From: Chlorobiota bacterium
Lineage (GTDB): Bacteria > Bacteroidota > Ignavibacteria > Kapaibacteriales > UBA2268
Direction: 5' to 3'
Length of the DNA: 64,000 bases
Assembly (NCBI GenBank): GCA_041596515.1
Contig: JBFHIJ010000005.1
Span: forward strand, 64,330-128,329
Shown: positions 48,310 to 59,240 of the stretch, piece by piece
Layout: the number at the start of each line of letters is the position of its first letter
Position numbering within the stretch: position 1 is the stretch's first letter
Notes under the pieces: model-generated
Databases searched by the model: none
Seen by the model: the letters and a program-made list of their open reading frames with translations, nothing else
Told to the model about the DNA's origin: nothing
Program-made: the position numbers and the translations under genes

Positions 48310-49842
48310 ATGTCAGAGATTCAAAGAAACGACCAAGAGCTTCGAAGATTAGAAGAATTACAGCTTTTGGAGGAAGCCGGAATTAACGCTTATCCTTATA
48401 GCTTTGATCAAACTCACAGAGCTGATGCTATCTTAGCTGATTTTAATGATGAAAAACCTGAAGAAATGGATAATGTAGCCGTTGCAGGTCGTATCATGGC
48501 TATGAGAATCATGGGAAAAGCTACTTTCCTTCACATTCTTGACCAGAGCGGTAGAGTTCAAATTTACCTTAAACGTGACGAACTTCCTGATTTTTACCAG
48601 CATATCAAGAAACTTGATATTGGCGATATCATCGGTGTGTCAGGCTATGTGTTCCGCACTAAGAAAGGTGAGATTTCTATTCATGCTTCTGATGCCAAGT
48701 TACTTACTAAATCTTTGAAGCCTCTTCCTATCGCTAAGGTAGAGAAAGACGAAAATGGCAATGAAATAGTTCATGATGCTTTCGCAGATAAAGAACTTAG
48801 ATATAGAAAAAGATATATTGATTTGATTGTTAACTCTCAAATTAGAGATACTTTTATCAAACGCTCTAAGATTATTTCATACATGAGAAGATTTTTTGAT
48901 GAAAGAGGATACCTAGAAGTAGAAACTCCTGTTTTGCAGCCTATTTATGGTGGTGCTTCTGCCCGCCCGTTTATTACTCATCATAATTCTTTGGATATTC
49001 CTCTGTATCTTCGTATAGCTACTGAGTTATATTTAAAACGTTTGATTGTAGGCGGATTTGAAGGAGTTTATGAAATTAGTAAAAACTTCCGTAATGAAGG
49101 TATGGACAAAACTCATAATCCTGAGTTTACCCTAATGGAACTATACGTTGCTTATAAAGACTATAACTGGTTGATGGATCTCACGGAAGAGCTTTACAGA
49201 GGCACTGCAGAAACTGTGCTTGGCACGACTACTGTTACTTTTGATGGCAAAGAGTTTGATCTTTCAAAACCTTTCCGCAGAGCGAAAATGTTTGACCTCT
49301 TCAAAGAATACACAGGTATGGATTTGAAAGGAAAAAACAAAGAAGAACTTAGAAGTGCTGCTAAAGAGCTTGGAGTAGAAATAGACGAAACTTTCTCTGA
49401 AATGAAAATATTGGATGAAATATTTGGAGAAAAAGTAGAGGAACATTTGATTCATCCTACTTTTGTTACTGATTATCCAATTGAAATGTCGCCTCTAACT
49501 AAAAAGCATAGAGACGAAGAGGGATTAGTTGAAAGGTTCGAGCTCTTTATCAATGGTTCCGAGTATGCTAACGCCTACTCAGAGCTTAATGATCCTCGTG
49601 ATCAGAGAGCAAGACTGGAAGAGCAAGCCCTAAACAGAGCTGCCGGCGACGAAGAGGCTATGATTGTGGACGAAGACTTCTTGCAGGCTATCGAAATAGG
49701 CATGCCTCCAACTGCAGGTATCGGTATTGGTATAGATCGCCTTGTGATGTTTATGACGAATAATACTTCAATCAGAGACGTCCTTTTCTTTCCTCAGATG
49801 AAACCTGAGAAACTTAAGAAAGAAGATAAAACTGAAGAATAG
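48310..49842 (+). CDS. lysS: Lysine--tRNA ligase, class II
   Basis: OB-fold N-domain, [20 protein letters not shown] (motif 2 region) and [12 protein letters not shown] (motif 3). Confidence 0.95.
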   Translation: MSEIQRNDQELRRLEELQLLEEAGINAYPYSFDQTHRADAILADFNDEKPEEMDNVAVAGRIMAMRIMGKATFLHILDQSGRVQIYLKRDELPDFYQHIKKLDIGDIIGVSGYVFRTKKGEISIHASDAKLLTKSLKPLPIAKVEKDENGNEIVHDAFADKELRYRKRYIDLIVNSQIRDTFIKRSKIISYMRRFFDERGYLEVETPVLQPIYGGASARPFITHHNSLDIPLYLRIATELYLKRLIVGGFEGVYEISKNFRNEGMDKTHNPEFTLMELYVAYKDYNWLMDLTEELYRGTAETVLGTTTVTFDGKEFDLSKPFRRAKMFDLFKEYTGMDLKGKNKEELRSAAKELGVEIDETFSEMKILDEIFGEKVEEHLIHPTFVTDYPIEMSPLTKKHRDEEGLVERFELFINGSEYANAYSELNDPRDQRARLEEQALNRAAGDEEAMIVDEDFLQAIEIGMPPTAGIGIGIDRLVMFMTNNTSIRDVLFFPQMKPEKLKKEDKTEE

Positions 49843-49866
49843 ATAATGCTGAATAGAATTAAAAAA

Positions 49867-49900
49867 AGAGTTACCTGATTTGGTCGGGTAGCTCTTTTTT
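49867..49900. terminator. Bidirectional terminator between lysS and the amidotransferase gene
   Basis: agagttacc / ggtagctct form a 9-bp stem (one G-T pair), flanked by A7 and T5 runs. Confidence 0.6.
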
Positions 49901-49917
49901 AAAATATATACGATATG

Positions 49918-50691
49918 TTAGTTAAGTTCCAATTCTTTGCCTTTACCTATCTTCCTTCGTGAAGCTCTAGCCTCTTTTTCCATTTTAGATAGTACTTCGA
50001 AAAGCAAATCATAGGTCAGGGTTGCATAATTCATATTACTGCGAATATCTTCTGCAGTTTGAATGTACTCATCCTTAATCAGCATAGCAGAAGATTTGCC
50101 TATAAACTTCTCTATTATATTAGCATTAAGTTCTAAATGGCATTGCATAGCGACAACATTAGTGTTGTAAATTATTATTTGATTTTCGCAAGCAGGTGAA
50201 GATGCGACAACTCTTGCGCCTTCAGGCAAAGTGAAGGATTCGCTGTGCCAGTGAAAAGCAGTGAAAGAATCCGGGAAGTATTTGAATATCTTATTATTCC
50301 CAAAACCTCTTTTAATATAAACTTGATGCCAACCTATCTCTGGAAGTTTTGCCTTGTAGATTCTAGCTCCTAAAACTTCGGCAATCATCTGACCACCTAA
50401 ACAAAAACCTAATACAGGCTTGTCCGCTCCTATCATTTTACGAATGAAGTTCTTTTCGTGTTTGAGCCAAGGGATAGTACTTTCGTCGTGCACACTCATG
50501 GGGCCTCCCAACACTATAAGCCAATCTATTTCCTCAAAAGCAGGCAATGTCGGGTCAAGTGGAAACTTAGTCACACCGTAATTATGACCTCGCATCTCTA
50601 ACCAATCAATTATGTTACGTGGTATATCAGACTTCACATGTTGAAAAATGTGAATATTTAACCTCTTCTTTTTAGCAATCATTTCTCTCAA
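49918..50691 (-). CDS. Class I glutamine amidotransferase-like protein
   Basis: Nucleophile elbow VLGFCLGGQMIA and a His/Glu pair in AMQCHLE. GuaA-N-like size with a basic C-terminal tail. Confidence 0.75.
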   Translation of the reverse strand: MREMIAKKKRLNIHIFQHVKSDIPRNIIDWLEMRGHNYGVTKFPLDPTLPAFEEIDWLIVLGGPMSVHDESTIPWLKHEKNFIRKMIGADKPVLGFCLGGQMIAEVLGARIYKAKLPEIGWHQVYIKRGFGNNKIFKYFPDSFTAFHWHSESFTLPEGARVVASSPACENQIIIYNTNVVAMQCHLELNANIIEKFIGKSSAMLIKDEYIQTAEDIRSNMNYATLTYDLLFEVLSKMEKEARASRRKIGKGKELELN

Positions 50692-51248
50692 CCTTTTTTC
50701 AGCAACTCAAATGAATTAATAAATTTTTCGGGGAAGCCGGAATTTAAAATATCATCATCGCCAACTATATCAAATATATAAACTCTATTATCGGTATAAA
50801 AAATCTTAAGTATACCTGTGACATCTTTTTTAAGAACCAAAGAACTTGTTTTTTGGATGCCAGTGTATTCGACCCCTTTGTTCGCAAAGTTTTTATTTGT
50901 GATACTATCTTTAAAATAGAAAGTGCTGTCATTATAGTTGACTGCAAAATCCTTCAAGATAAGCTCAACTCTTTCCAAAGGGGTTCTGTTATCTTTGAAA
51001 ATCAAACATTTGACTGTAAAATTAATACCCACAGGTAAAAAACTATAGTCATGTGAGTATAATTCTGCATCATATATATTATCTAAGTTTGGGATATGCG
51101 TTTTAATGGGAGATGAAGGGAAATCTATTTTGTAATTTCCACCGACCGATTCTACAGTATACCACTTCCCGCCATGTTTTTCTTGTGCGTCAAGTCCTAC
51201 AAAAAGAAGCAGGATTAGAGAGATATTAAAAATGTAAAAAGATTTCAT
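50688..51248 (-). CDS. Hypothetical secreted protein
   Basis: 186 aa. Signal peptide MKSFYIFNISLILLLFVGLDA. 4-nt overlap with the downstream amidotransferase gene. Confidence 0.55.
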   Translation of the reverse strand: MKSFYIFNISLILLLFVGLDAQEKHGGKWYTVESVGGNYKIDFPSSPIKTHIPNLDNIYDAELYSHDYSFLPVGINFTVKCLIFKDNRTPLERVELILKDFAVNYNDSTFYFKDSITNKNFANKGVEYTGIQKTSSLVLKKDVTGILKIFYTDNRVYIFDIVGDDDILNSGFPEKFINSFELLKKG

Positions 51249-51455
51249 ATTGGTGGCTCCTGTGCGTTAGTTTGTCTGATTATTATAACTCAGAATGTAT
51301 AATTTCTAAAACTTAGAAATCTATAAAGTTAGAACATTTGAAAATTGCATACAAAATACAATAACTAAACTAATAGCAAAAATTAATAACGAGCAAAAGC
51401 AATCCAATAAATATTATGTAATATAAAATTATATTTGCATACATAATAATTAATA

Positions 51456-51692
51456 TTATTCGCCCTTTATTATCTTCATCACAAAAGACGCTCTGTAGGT
51501 GTCGAACTCTTCTATCATTTTCTCTGTGATATAAGGCATTACTACGCTATGTTCGCCTTTTATTTGTGTGCTCATTGGGTTTCGAGTAACCTCAACTCCT
51601 TCTATAGCTTCTAATTTGGTAATAAATGCTTTTATTGGGGTTTTAAATTCTTCTACTAACGGATAGTAACTTATGTCGACTGCAATTTTCAT
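51456..51692 (-). CDS. Small MTH1187/YkoF-like (UPF0045) family protein
   Basis: 78 aa. MKIAVDISYYPL...TRNPMSTQIKGE resembles the ferredoxin-like MTH1187 family. The assignment is tentative. Confidence 0.45.
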   Translation of the reverse strand: MKIAVDISYYPLVEEFKTPIKAFITKLEAIEGVEVTRNPMSTQIKGEHSVVMPYITEKMIEEFDTYRASFVMKIIKGE

Positions 51693-51836
51693 AATAATAT
51701 CTCAAAAAAATTGTTACATTATATTTATAGCTATAATACGTCCAACATAAAGGAAAAGTTGCTATTTTGGAGCTTAATAATTATATTTAATTTGAATTTT
51801 AGAAATAACTTACAACAAGGAATAGAGAGGTTTAAT

Positions 51837-54632
51837 ATGTCTAAATTATTTACTTATTTATCGTTGCTTTGCCTACTTAGTTATAGCTCTATGGCAGATA
51901 TTATTTTAAAATCAGGCGCTCATATCTCAGAAAAGAAAATATTTGTGAGATTATATAATGATAATATCGATATCCTAAGACAAAAAGAGAATATTAAAAT
52001 TGAACCTGTTGCATTTTTGCCAAAATCTTTGTCTATCAAACAGACAGATTTGACTGCTAAAAGTTACTCATTGAAGCAAATCAAGCAGATTGAGAAAACT
52101 GAAGAACCACTGTTCAGAACTTATATACTACCGGTGCCAAATGGTAGCCACCCAGTGCAATATTGCCAGTACCTCAAAGAAAAATATACCGACTATGTGG
52201 AAATAGCCGAACCTTACTATCTTATGCAGAAAATGGGGTCTACTCCGAATGATCCTGAGATTAATAAGCAAAATATGCTAGTGAATATCAAAGCTCTGGA
52301 AGCATGGTTAATATATGACGGCAGTAGCGACATTACGATTGGCATTAGTGATATTGGTATAAATCAAGATCACCCCGATATTGAAAATAATATTGCCTTC
52401 AATACAAAAGAGATTCCTGGCAATGGCCTTGATGATGATAATAATCTTCGAATAGACGACTATAGAGGTTGCAATCTTGCAAACGCAGAAGACGGAACTG
52501 GTTGGGATAATACTTATCATTCGGACCAACACGGAACTGAAGTGGCAGGAATAGCCGGTGCTACTTACAATAACAGCACAGGTATCGCAGGGATAGGAGG
52601 GAAGTCAAAAATATTTCCTATCAAAATAGCAGCGCAAAACTCAGGCTCTCTTAATTACAGTTACGAATCTATTCGCTATGCTGCCTTGAGTGAATTAGAT
52701 GTGCTAAACTGCAGCTGGGGTTCGGTAAAAGACTTTTCTTATATTGATCAATCTATTATTGATTTCGCAGTTTCCAAAGGCGTTGTTATTGTAGCTTCTG
52801 CAGGTAATGCCAGCAGATCTGAAGTGTTAGACAGAAAAAGCACTGTTTTCTTTCCGGCTGGATATGACGGGGTGCTTGGTGTAGGTGAGGTTAATAATAT
52901 TGACAAATCGACTAGCGAATCTATGTTTGGCAGTCAGGTAAGAGTTGTAGCGCCGGGCATGGGGAATTATACTACTTCCGGCAGTAGCTACACTCAAGTA
53001 TTAGAAGGTTCTTCCTATGCTTCACCTGTTATCGCAGGTGCGGCAGCTCTTGCAAAAGGTAGACATCCATCTTTAGACGCGAATCAGATAATTGAATTTG
53101 TAAGACAGTGTACTGATGATGTTACCTCTAAAAATGGAAGTGTTGCCAATCTTATTCCGGGCAGAATAAACTTAGAAAAAGTTGTAACACTGGATCCTCT
53201 TGCTTTAGCAGGTATCAGGTATGAAGGCAAACAGTACTTTAGTAAATCCAGTCAGGAACAATCCAGAACCGTGCTTGGTGAAACCTATAATTTAAAACTC
53301 AAAACCCGTAACTATCTCGGTGCGATCAAAAATGCTCGTTTTGTGTTATCGCAAGCTTATGACCCTCAAAATGCTATAGAAGTAATCAACTCTGAAGTTA
53401 ATATCGATGAAGTAAAAGCTGCTACTTACCTTGGACTTAATGGTTTCGAATTTAAAGTGCAAAATGAATCTTACAGCCCTGTGGTTATGAGAGTAGATAT
53501 ATATGCTGATGGTGGCTATCATGATTTCTTTAAGTTTGACATAGTGCCAACACAAAACTATATCACTTTCCAAAACGGCGATTTGACACTATCATTCGGA
53601 GATAGAGGTGAGTTTGGCTACACTGGTAGTGAAACTCAGTATGGAGCGGGTTTTCTATACAAAGAGAACTATAACCAGCTTTCTATTCCGGGCTCAGGTG
53701 TTATCTTTTCTGCAGGTGATAGCAAAGCTTCGTTTTCCTATCTAGGTCACTTTAAAACTGTTTCTCCTTGGAATAATAATGATAATAGTTGTACTGTTTC
53801 GGATGAATTTGCAGGAAATAATGTTGCAGGGATAGAGATTAAGCAACAAGTAAGCTTCCCTAATAACTTTAACAATGTGGTTCAAATTGATTTTACGATA
53901 TATAATAAATCGAATGGAAGTATAGCTAATCCGTCATGTGGTTACTATTTGGATTGGGATGTAAATGAAAATTACGAAAATAATATGGCAAAATATTTTT
54001 CCGATGCTATCCCGCCTGTGCTAATGGGGCAGGAAAACTTTGCTGTAGAGATGATGCGAGAAAACCAACCCAATAGACCAATCGTAGCAGCCGCGGCTTA
54101 CTCCAAAGAGTCGTTTGCAGTAGCACAAGCTGCAGGGCTGGGTTCTACAGATATTAAAACTGAACAGATAATAGAAATGCTAAATAGTGGAACTAGTAAA
54201 CAGGTAATAGGATTTGATGATAGGGCGATAGCAATCGGGATGAGATTTAAAACCAATCTTGAAACAGGAGACAGTTTAAAATTTACAATCCTTTTAGCTG
54301 CAGCGGAAACTGAAACTGATTTGTCTACAGCTATTAAAAGCGTTGCCGAAGGTTTTGTGTCAGTTGCCGAAGAGCCAATGACTAAACTATCAGTTTACCC
54401 AAATCCTGCTGAGGATGAGGTAAATATTCGTTTTGAAGAAAACATGCACGGACTAGCTGATATTGAAATACTTTCAGTGGATGGCAGTATAGTTGCATCG
54501 CTAAATACATTACTTTCCGGAGATTTATTAAATATAGATTTGAATAATTATGAGTTGGTATCCGGCACTTATTTTGTCAAAATAAAAATAGAAAACAAAA
54601 TCTTTTCCGGTAAGATATCAGTAGTAAAATAG
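51837..54632 (+). CDS. S8 (subtilisin) family serine peptidase with T9SS C-terminal sorting domain
   Basis: Start at ATG 51837 (AGAGAGG 6 nt upstream) gives the signal peptide MSKLFTYLSLLCLLSYSSMA. Catalytic triad contexts GISDIGINQDHPD, HGTEVAGIAGA and GSSYASPVIAGAAAL. C-terminal LSVYPNPAEDEVNIRF...GTYFVKIKI. Confidence 0.9.
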   Translation: MSKLFTYLSLLCLLSYSSMADIILKSGAHISEKKIFVRLYNDNIDILRQKENIKIEPVAFLPKSLSIKQTDLTAKSYSLKQIKQIEKTEEPLFRTYILPVPNGSHPVQYCQYLKEKYTDYVEIAEPYYLMQKMGSTPNDPEINKQNMLVNIKALEAWLIYDGSSDITIGISDIGINQDHPDIENNIAFNTKEIPGNGLDDDNNLRIDDYRGCNLANAEDGTGWDNTYHSDQHGTEVAGIAGATYNNSTGIAGIGGKSKIFPIKIAAQNSGSLNYSYESIRYAALSELDVLNCSWGSVKDFSYIDQSIIDFAVSKGVVIVASAGNASRSEVLDRKSTVFFPAGYDGVLGVGEVNNIDKSTSESMFGSQVRVVAPGMGNYTTSGSSYTQVLEGSSYASPVIAGAAALAKGRHPSLDANQIIEFVRQCTDDVTSKNGSVANLIPGRINLEKVVTLDPLALAGIRYEGKQYFSKSSQEQSRTVLGETYNLKLKTRNYLGAIKNARFVLSQAYDPQNAIEVINSEVNIDEVKAATYLGLNGFEFKVQNESYSPVVMRVDIYADGGYHDFFKFDIVPTQNYITFQNGDLTLSFGDRGEFGYTGSETQYGAGFLYKENYNQLSIPGSGVIFSAGDSKASFSYLGHFKTVSPWNNNDNSCTVSDEFAGNNVAGIEIKQQVSFPNNFNNVVQIDFTIYNKSNGSIANPSCGYYLDWDVNENYENNMAKYFSDAIPPVLMGQENFAVEMMRENQPNRPIVAAAAYSKESFAVAQAAGLGSTDIKTEQIIEMLNSGTSKQVIGFDDRAIAIGMRFKTNLETGDSLKFTILLAAAETETDLSTAIKSVAEGFVSVAEEPMTKLSVYPNPAEDEVNIRFEENMHGLADIEILSVDGSIVASLNTLLSGDLLNIDLNNYELVSGTYFVKIKIENKIFSGKISVVK

Positions 54633-54660
54633 ATATATTACATTCAAAGAGCTAAAGCAA

Positions 54661-54692
54661 AAGGCTAATTCAGATAAGAATGAATTAGCCTT
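54661..54692 (+). terminator. Terminator after the S8 peptidase gene
   Basis: aaggctaattca / tgaattagcctt form a perfect 12-bp stem with an 8-nt loop, followed by ttaaatttt. Confidence 0.6.
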
Positions 54693-54766
54693 TTAAATTT
54701 TGTTTCCGTGCGAATAATTCGCGACTGCTTCTGATTACTACACAACTGGAATACATAACTCTTCTG

Positions 54767-56704
54767 TTAATAATAATACCATATAGTGTGATAGTCCATC
54801 ACGTCTTCGCCACGTTTCAGTAGCTCTTCCAGATAGTTGTATATTGGCACATCAGTATAATTATAGGAAGGCACAGCTGATATATTCTTTTCCCAAGGAT
54901 GGAATTCGTATATGCGGGAGCCGTTTGGCTTTATCATAACAAGTTTGTGGTCTTGAGAAGCTCTTAGGTGATTTTTGCCTAAACGAGGCACATTAAATAC
55001 AGGTTCGTCAGTTCTATCTAAGCCTGGAAGCAAACGTGCTTCTTCTTTTCTTTCCTGAAGCAAGCGAGCGATAGGCACCATGTATCTTTTAGTTTCGCCC
55101 TTTCCTTTCATATTGAAAGTATAATATGGATCTATACCTATAGATTTCAAATCTCGTCTTAATTTGACTGATTCGAATCTGCGGGAATTTTCGATTGTAA
55201 ATACTTCTTGATTATAAACAGAAATACCAGCTTTCCTTATTTTTTGTACGGCTTGCAAAGCTTCTGGAGTTATCTCATAGGAATGCTCGAAGTGAGTAAC
55301 TATTGCTATTTCAAGCTGTGGAGGATTGTGATATTTCTCCATCATTTCTAATAAGCTGTCTGTCCATCTTTGAGGCATAACAACCGGCGTGCGAGTGCCA
55401 AAACGAACTCTATAGACTTGGTCTTTTTCAGAGCAAATCTGCAACATTCTTTCTATTTGACTATCTTTCATAACAAGAGGATCGCCACCAGTGATTAGTA
55501 TGTCACCAACGCTTTGGTGATCGTCAAGCCATGAAAAAGCATTGTCGATAGTTGATTTTGATGCCATAGCATGAGGGTCAAGACATTCGTCAATTTCCCA
55601 GTTTCTTTGGCAATACACACATATTTGTGCACATGTATTGAATGGTTTTACAATGGCTATACGAGGATAGCGGCGAGTAACCAAATCTACAGGTGAAGTG
55701 TCGTGTTCGCCCATAAAGTCAAAAGCCATATCCCTGTCAGAGCGGTGATCTACCATAGCATTTACAAAATCTAATGGTGGTAGCACCATAGATCTAACAG
55801 CATGGTCATCAGTGGCATCTATTTCTTTATCCATAAGGGATAAGTAGTAAGGAGTGATTCCAAACGGAATTTTATTATCTTCTGCGATTTTAACAGCTTC
55901 TTTATATTCCTTGGGCAAATCAATCAAATCAAGGATTGGTTTGGCAGTTTTGATAACGTGAGTAGTTTGCCAAATATAGTCATCCCATTGCTCATCTTCT
56001 GCATTGAAATAGTCTAAAATTCTTTTTTTATTGTATTCTCTTTTTTCAATGACATTGTCCTGCAGGCCAGATGGAAACTTGTTGATAAAGCTAAGCTGCT
56101 TAGCACTGATACCATCTAAAAGTTCCATTCTTTTGATAGCAGCTTCTCTTCCGTGCAATTCTAAAAATGCAGGAATCTCGTCAGTAACAGGAATATTCTG
56201 ATAGATGCGAGAGTTACCCTCTAATGCTTTGAACAGCATAATAAACTCCATTAAAAATGCAGGAGCAACCTCATTTTCAGGAGTGTCAAATTTATTTTGT
56301 GCTAATTTGACCAGTATTTCTAATGCCGAAATTCCGGTGTGTTTTTCATTTATAGGACCGAATATATTTTTGCATGCTGTAATCGCTTGCTGAATAGTGG
56401 CACTTTCTAGCACATGCAAATGATTGTCAGCAGAAAGGATATCCATCTCGCGTTTGCTTAGATAGTAGTAGATGTGATTCCTAATGTCAGCTATGTCTTT
56501 GTCGGATGTAAGTATTGTATATATATGTTGGTTTACAAACCATAGTATTTGCAATAAATCTTGAAAACTCGCTTGAAAATCAATATTCATCGCTTTAATA
56601 TCATCAGCCAATAGCTTTTCACATAGTAATTTACTCAGGACAAAGTTATTATTATCCGGAGACTGAGCTTTATCTTGCATTGGTACAGCTATCTCATAGC
56701 TCAT
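54767..56704 (-). CDS. KamA-family radical SAM aminomutase-like protein with long N-terminal extension
   Basis: CxxxCxxC cluster CAQICVYC, ILITGGDPLVMKD, and a KamA-type N-terminal core (WDDYIWQTTHVI...FGITPYYLSL). Start placed at ATG 56704 (GGGAGAG 6 nt upstream). Confidence 0.8.
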   Translation of the reverse strand: MSYEIAVPMQDKAQSPDNNNFVLSKLLCEKLLADDIKAMNIDFQASFQDLLQILWFVNQHIYTILTSDKDIADIRNHIYYYLSKREMDILSADNHLHVLESATIQQAITACKNIFGPINEKHTGISALEILVKLAQNKFDTPENEVAPAFLMEFIMLFKALEGNSRIYQNIPVTDEIPAFLELHGREAAIKRMELLDGISAKQLSFINKFPSGLQDNVIEKREYNKKRILDYFNAEDEQWDDYIWQTTHVIKTAKPILDLIDLPKEYKEAVKIAEDNKIPFGITPYYLSLMDKEIDATDDHAVRSMVLPPLDFVNAMVDHRSDRDMAFDFMGEHDTSPVDLVTRRYPRIAIVKPFNTCAQICVYCQRNWEIDECLDPHAMASKSTIDNAFSWLDDHQSVGDILITGGDPLVMKDSQIERMLQICSEKDQVYRVRFGTRTPVVMPQRWTDSLLEMMEKYHNPPQLEIAIVTHFEHSYEITPEALQAVQKIRKAGISVYNQEVFTIENSRRFESVKLRRDLKSIGIDPYYTFNMKGKGETKRYMVPIARLLQERKEEARLLPGLDRTDEPVFNVPRLGKNHLRASQDHKLVMIKPNGSRIYEFHPWEKNISAVPSYNYTDVPIYNYLEELLKRGEDVMDYHTIWYYY

Positions 56705-57142
56705 ATAATGCTCTCCCAAAAATTAGATTTAACTTACCATAATTTACCCTTAAGTAGTTAGCCCTTGTAGGACATAACAGTCCGTAGTTACCTAAATAGC
56801 TTTACATTATATAAAAAATATTTCAATAAATCAAGTAATTATTATTTATAAAATTATAATTCAAGTCTTATGTCTATAAATTATAAGGACATATAAAGGA
56901 GAGACAGAAATACTTATTTGTATGATTGTTGTTCTCTTTCAAATAAATCTCTAATTAGATGTGCAATAAAGTATAATCGTCTGAGATTTAACTTTGTAGT
57001 ATAAAGATATATGTCATGCAAATATTTGAGATTGAATTTTTAAAAAGTCAATTCAAATATAAAAATGCTAATTTTCCTTTGATAAAGGAGAATATATTAA
57101 TACATTGCTATATTATCGGAAACACTCTTTAGAGGGGAAATT

Positions 57143-58111
57143 ATGCCTGCCAAAAAAAATATAAACAGTCCTTTTTTGATAGGACTCTTTGTGATTATAG
57201 GAGCTGTAGTAATTGTTGGATCATTAATTTGGCTTGGAGCAAATCAATTTCTCAAAGAGCAAGTGTTTTATGTTACTTACTTTGATACCTCTGTAGAAGG
57301 GTTGGAAAAAGGCTCTTCTGTAAAATATCAAGGCGTGCCCTGTGGTTCAGTAAAATCTATCAATGTTGCCCCAAATGGCAAGCTGGTAGAAGTAATAATG
57401 CAGCTTGACCCAAATATTAATATAACAGATTCTTTAAGGGTACAGCCTGCTCTTGCCGGAATAGCCGGAGGGAAATTTTTGCAGTTACACTATCCTTCTA
57501 ATCAGGAATTAGCAGATAATCATCCAAAAACAGATTTTGAGTCTCCTTATCCTCTTATACTATCTGCACCGTCTGGGTTAGAAGAAATAGAGATAGCAAT
57601 GCGTGAAGTAATGAATAACTTTATGCAGATTAATACAGGAGAAATATCAGAAAGTGTAACGGATTTTTTTAGAGAGTCTACATATTTCTTAAGTAATAAG
57701 GCAATATATCAGACAATAGACAATTTGAATAAATCTACAATGACTCTTGCTTCAATATTACAAAAAGCAGATACAATACCTGTGTTAGATAATATTACAA
57801 CTGTGACTCAGCAGCTAATAGCTTCTGCTACACAGATAAACACTTTTACACAAAAATTGAATAGCAAAATAGATGCTATAAAAATCAATGATCATTTGGA
57901 ACATACTTTTGCAGCGTTGGATTCTACTATATATGCTTCTGAGCGTGTAGTTAATGGTCTTGGTGGTCAGTCTGACATGATGATACAAGAATTTCATTAT
58001 ACGCTAAATGAAATAAGAGAAACTAATAAATACCTGCAGAAAGCAATTAGGGCTATTTCTGAAAACCCATCTGCGATATTTTTAAGTGAGCCACCCGCAA
58101 AGGAAGATTAA
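57143..58111 (+). CDS. MlaD/MCE-domain protein
   Basis: N-terminal TM FLIGLFVIIGAVVIVGSLIWL, MCE domain VTYFDTSVEGLEKGSSVKYQGVPCGSVKSINV, and a helical C-terminal half. Confidence 0.8.
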   Translation: MPAKKNINSPFLIGLFVIIGAVVIVGSLIWLGANQFLKEQVFYVTYFDTSVEGLEKGSSVKYQGVPCGSVKSINVAPNGKLVEVIMQLDPNINITDSLRVQPALAGIAGGKFLQLHYPSNQELADNHPKTDFESPYPLILSAPSGLEEIEIAMREVMNNFMQINTGEISESVTDFFRESTYFLSNKAIYQTIDNLNKSTMTLASILQKADTIPVLDNITTVTQQLIASATQINTFTQKLNSKIDAIKINDHLEHTFAALDSTIYASERVVNGLGGQSDMMIQEFHYTLNEIRETNKYLQKAIRAISENPSAIFLSEPPAKED

Positions 58112-58112
58112 A

Positions 58113-58868
58113 ATGGATAGTATTCCAAATATAGATATAATAATTGAAAAACTTATTGCTGCCAAGAATGTTGCTATGCTTACAGGAGCCGGAGTCTCTG
58201 CTGAAAGTGGCATAAAAACGTTTAGAGATCCCGATGGGTTATGGTCTAAATTCAATCCTGCAGAGCTTGCCAGCGCTAATGGATTTATGACTAACAGACA
58301 ACTCGTTTGGGATTGGTATCAGGAAAGGCGGAGCATAGTAAATGACTGCAAACCTAATGCGGGTCACTATGCCATTGCTGAATTAGAGATATTGATTGAC
58401 GACTTTGCGCTTATTACACAAAATGTAGATAGATTGCATCAGATAGCCGGGTCTCGCAATGTATATGAATTGCACGGAAACATCATAGATAATCACTGTT
58501 TTGATTGTGGAGCTGCTTATAACAAAGAAATTGATCCGGATGATAGTGTCTTGCCGTCTTGTGCCAAATGTGGTGGCAGAATTAGACCATCCGTTGTGTG
58601 GTTTGGTGAAATGCTGCCGGAGTATGATTTGGAGCAGTCTTCATTGGCAGCTCAAGTGGCTGATGTCTTCTTTACAGTTGGGACATCTGCAGAGGTGTAT
58701 CCTGCAGCTAACCTACCACTGTTAGCTAAAGACTCAGGTGCTTATGTGATTGAAATTAATCCAAATGTTACTGCAATATCAAACTATATGAACATGACAA
58801 TTCGTATGCCCTCGGCTCAAGCAATGCCGATAATAGTTGAAGAATTTAAAAAAAGGATTGGGAAATGA
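58113..58868 (+). CDS. cobB: NAD-dependent protein deacylase (Sir2 family)
   Basis: LTGAGVSAESGIKTFRD, QNVDRLHQ, HGN, and Zn-Cys pairs CFDCG / CAKCGG. Start at ATG 58113, 1 nt after the mlaD stop, with AAGGAAG upstream. Confidence 0.9.
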   Translation: MDSIPNIDIIIEKLIAAKNVAMLTGAGVSAESGIKTFRDPDGLWSKFNPAELASANGFMTNRQLVWDWYQERRSIVNDCKPNAGHYAIAELEILIDDFALITQNVDRLHQIAGSRNVYELHGNIIDNHCFDCGAAYNKEIDPDDSVLPSCAKCGGRIRPSVVWFGEMLPEYDLEQSSLAAQVADVFFTVGTSAEVYPAANLPLLAKDSGAYVIEINPNVTAISNYMNMTIRMPSAQAMPIIVEEFKKRIGK

Positions 58869-59239
58869 TTATAGGAATAGGAACTGATATAGTAGAAGTA
58901 AAGAGAATCCAGGAAGCAATTGAAAAATATGGTAGCAGGTTTTTAGATAAGTTATTTACCAAGACTGAGCAAGAGTACTGTGATTCTTTCAATGAAACTA
59001 AGTACGTGCATTATGCTGCAAGGTTTGCTGCGAAAGAGTCGTTCAGTAAGGTAATTGGTACAGGTTTAACTCAAGGTTTCAAGTTTACAGAGGTAGGAAT
59101 TAAAAACAAGGAATCAGGCGAACCCCAAATAGACTTGACAGGCGGAATGGCTGACAAATGGAGCAAGTATCATACTTTTGTTTCTTTATCGCATACAGAC
59201 AATAATGCAATTGCATATTTAATTATGGAAGAGCGCTAA
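58865..59239 (+). CDS. acpS: Holo-[acyl-carrier-protein] synthase
   Basis: MIIGIGTDIVEVKRI...FAAKESFSKV...SLSHTDNNAIA. 4-nt overlap with cobB. Confidence 0.92.
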   Translation: MIIGIGTDIVEVKRIQEAIEKYGSRFLDKLFTKTEQEYCDSFNETKYVHYAARFAAKESFSKVIGTGLTQGFKFTEVGIKNKESGEPQIDLTGGMADKWSKYHTFVSLSHTDNNAIAYLIMEER

Positions 59240-59240
59240 T

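Noticed and set aside
7640-56704. Apparent lysine theme (LysE-family exporter, dapA, dapB, lysS, KamA-family aminomutase)
   Set aside because: The genes are scattered over about 49 kb on both strands, separated by unrelated operons and terminators. There is no evidence of a functional cluster, so this is probably coincidence.
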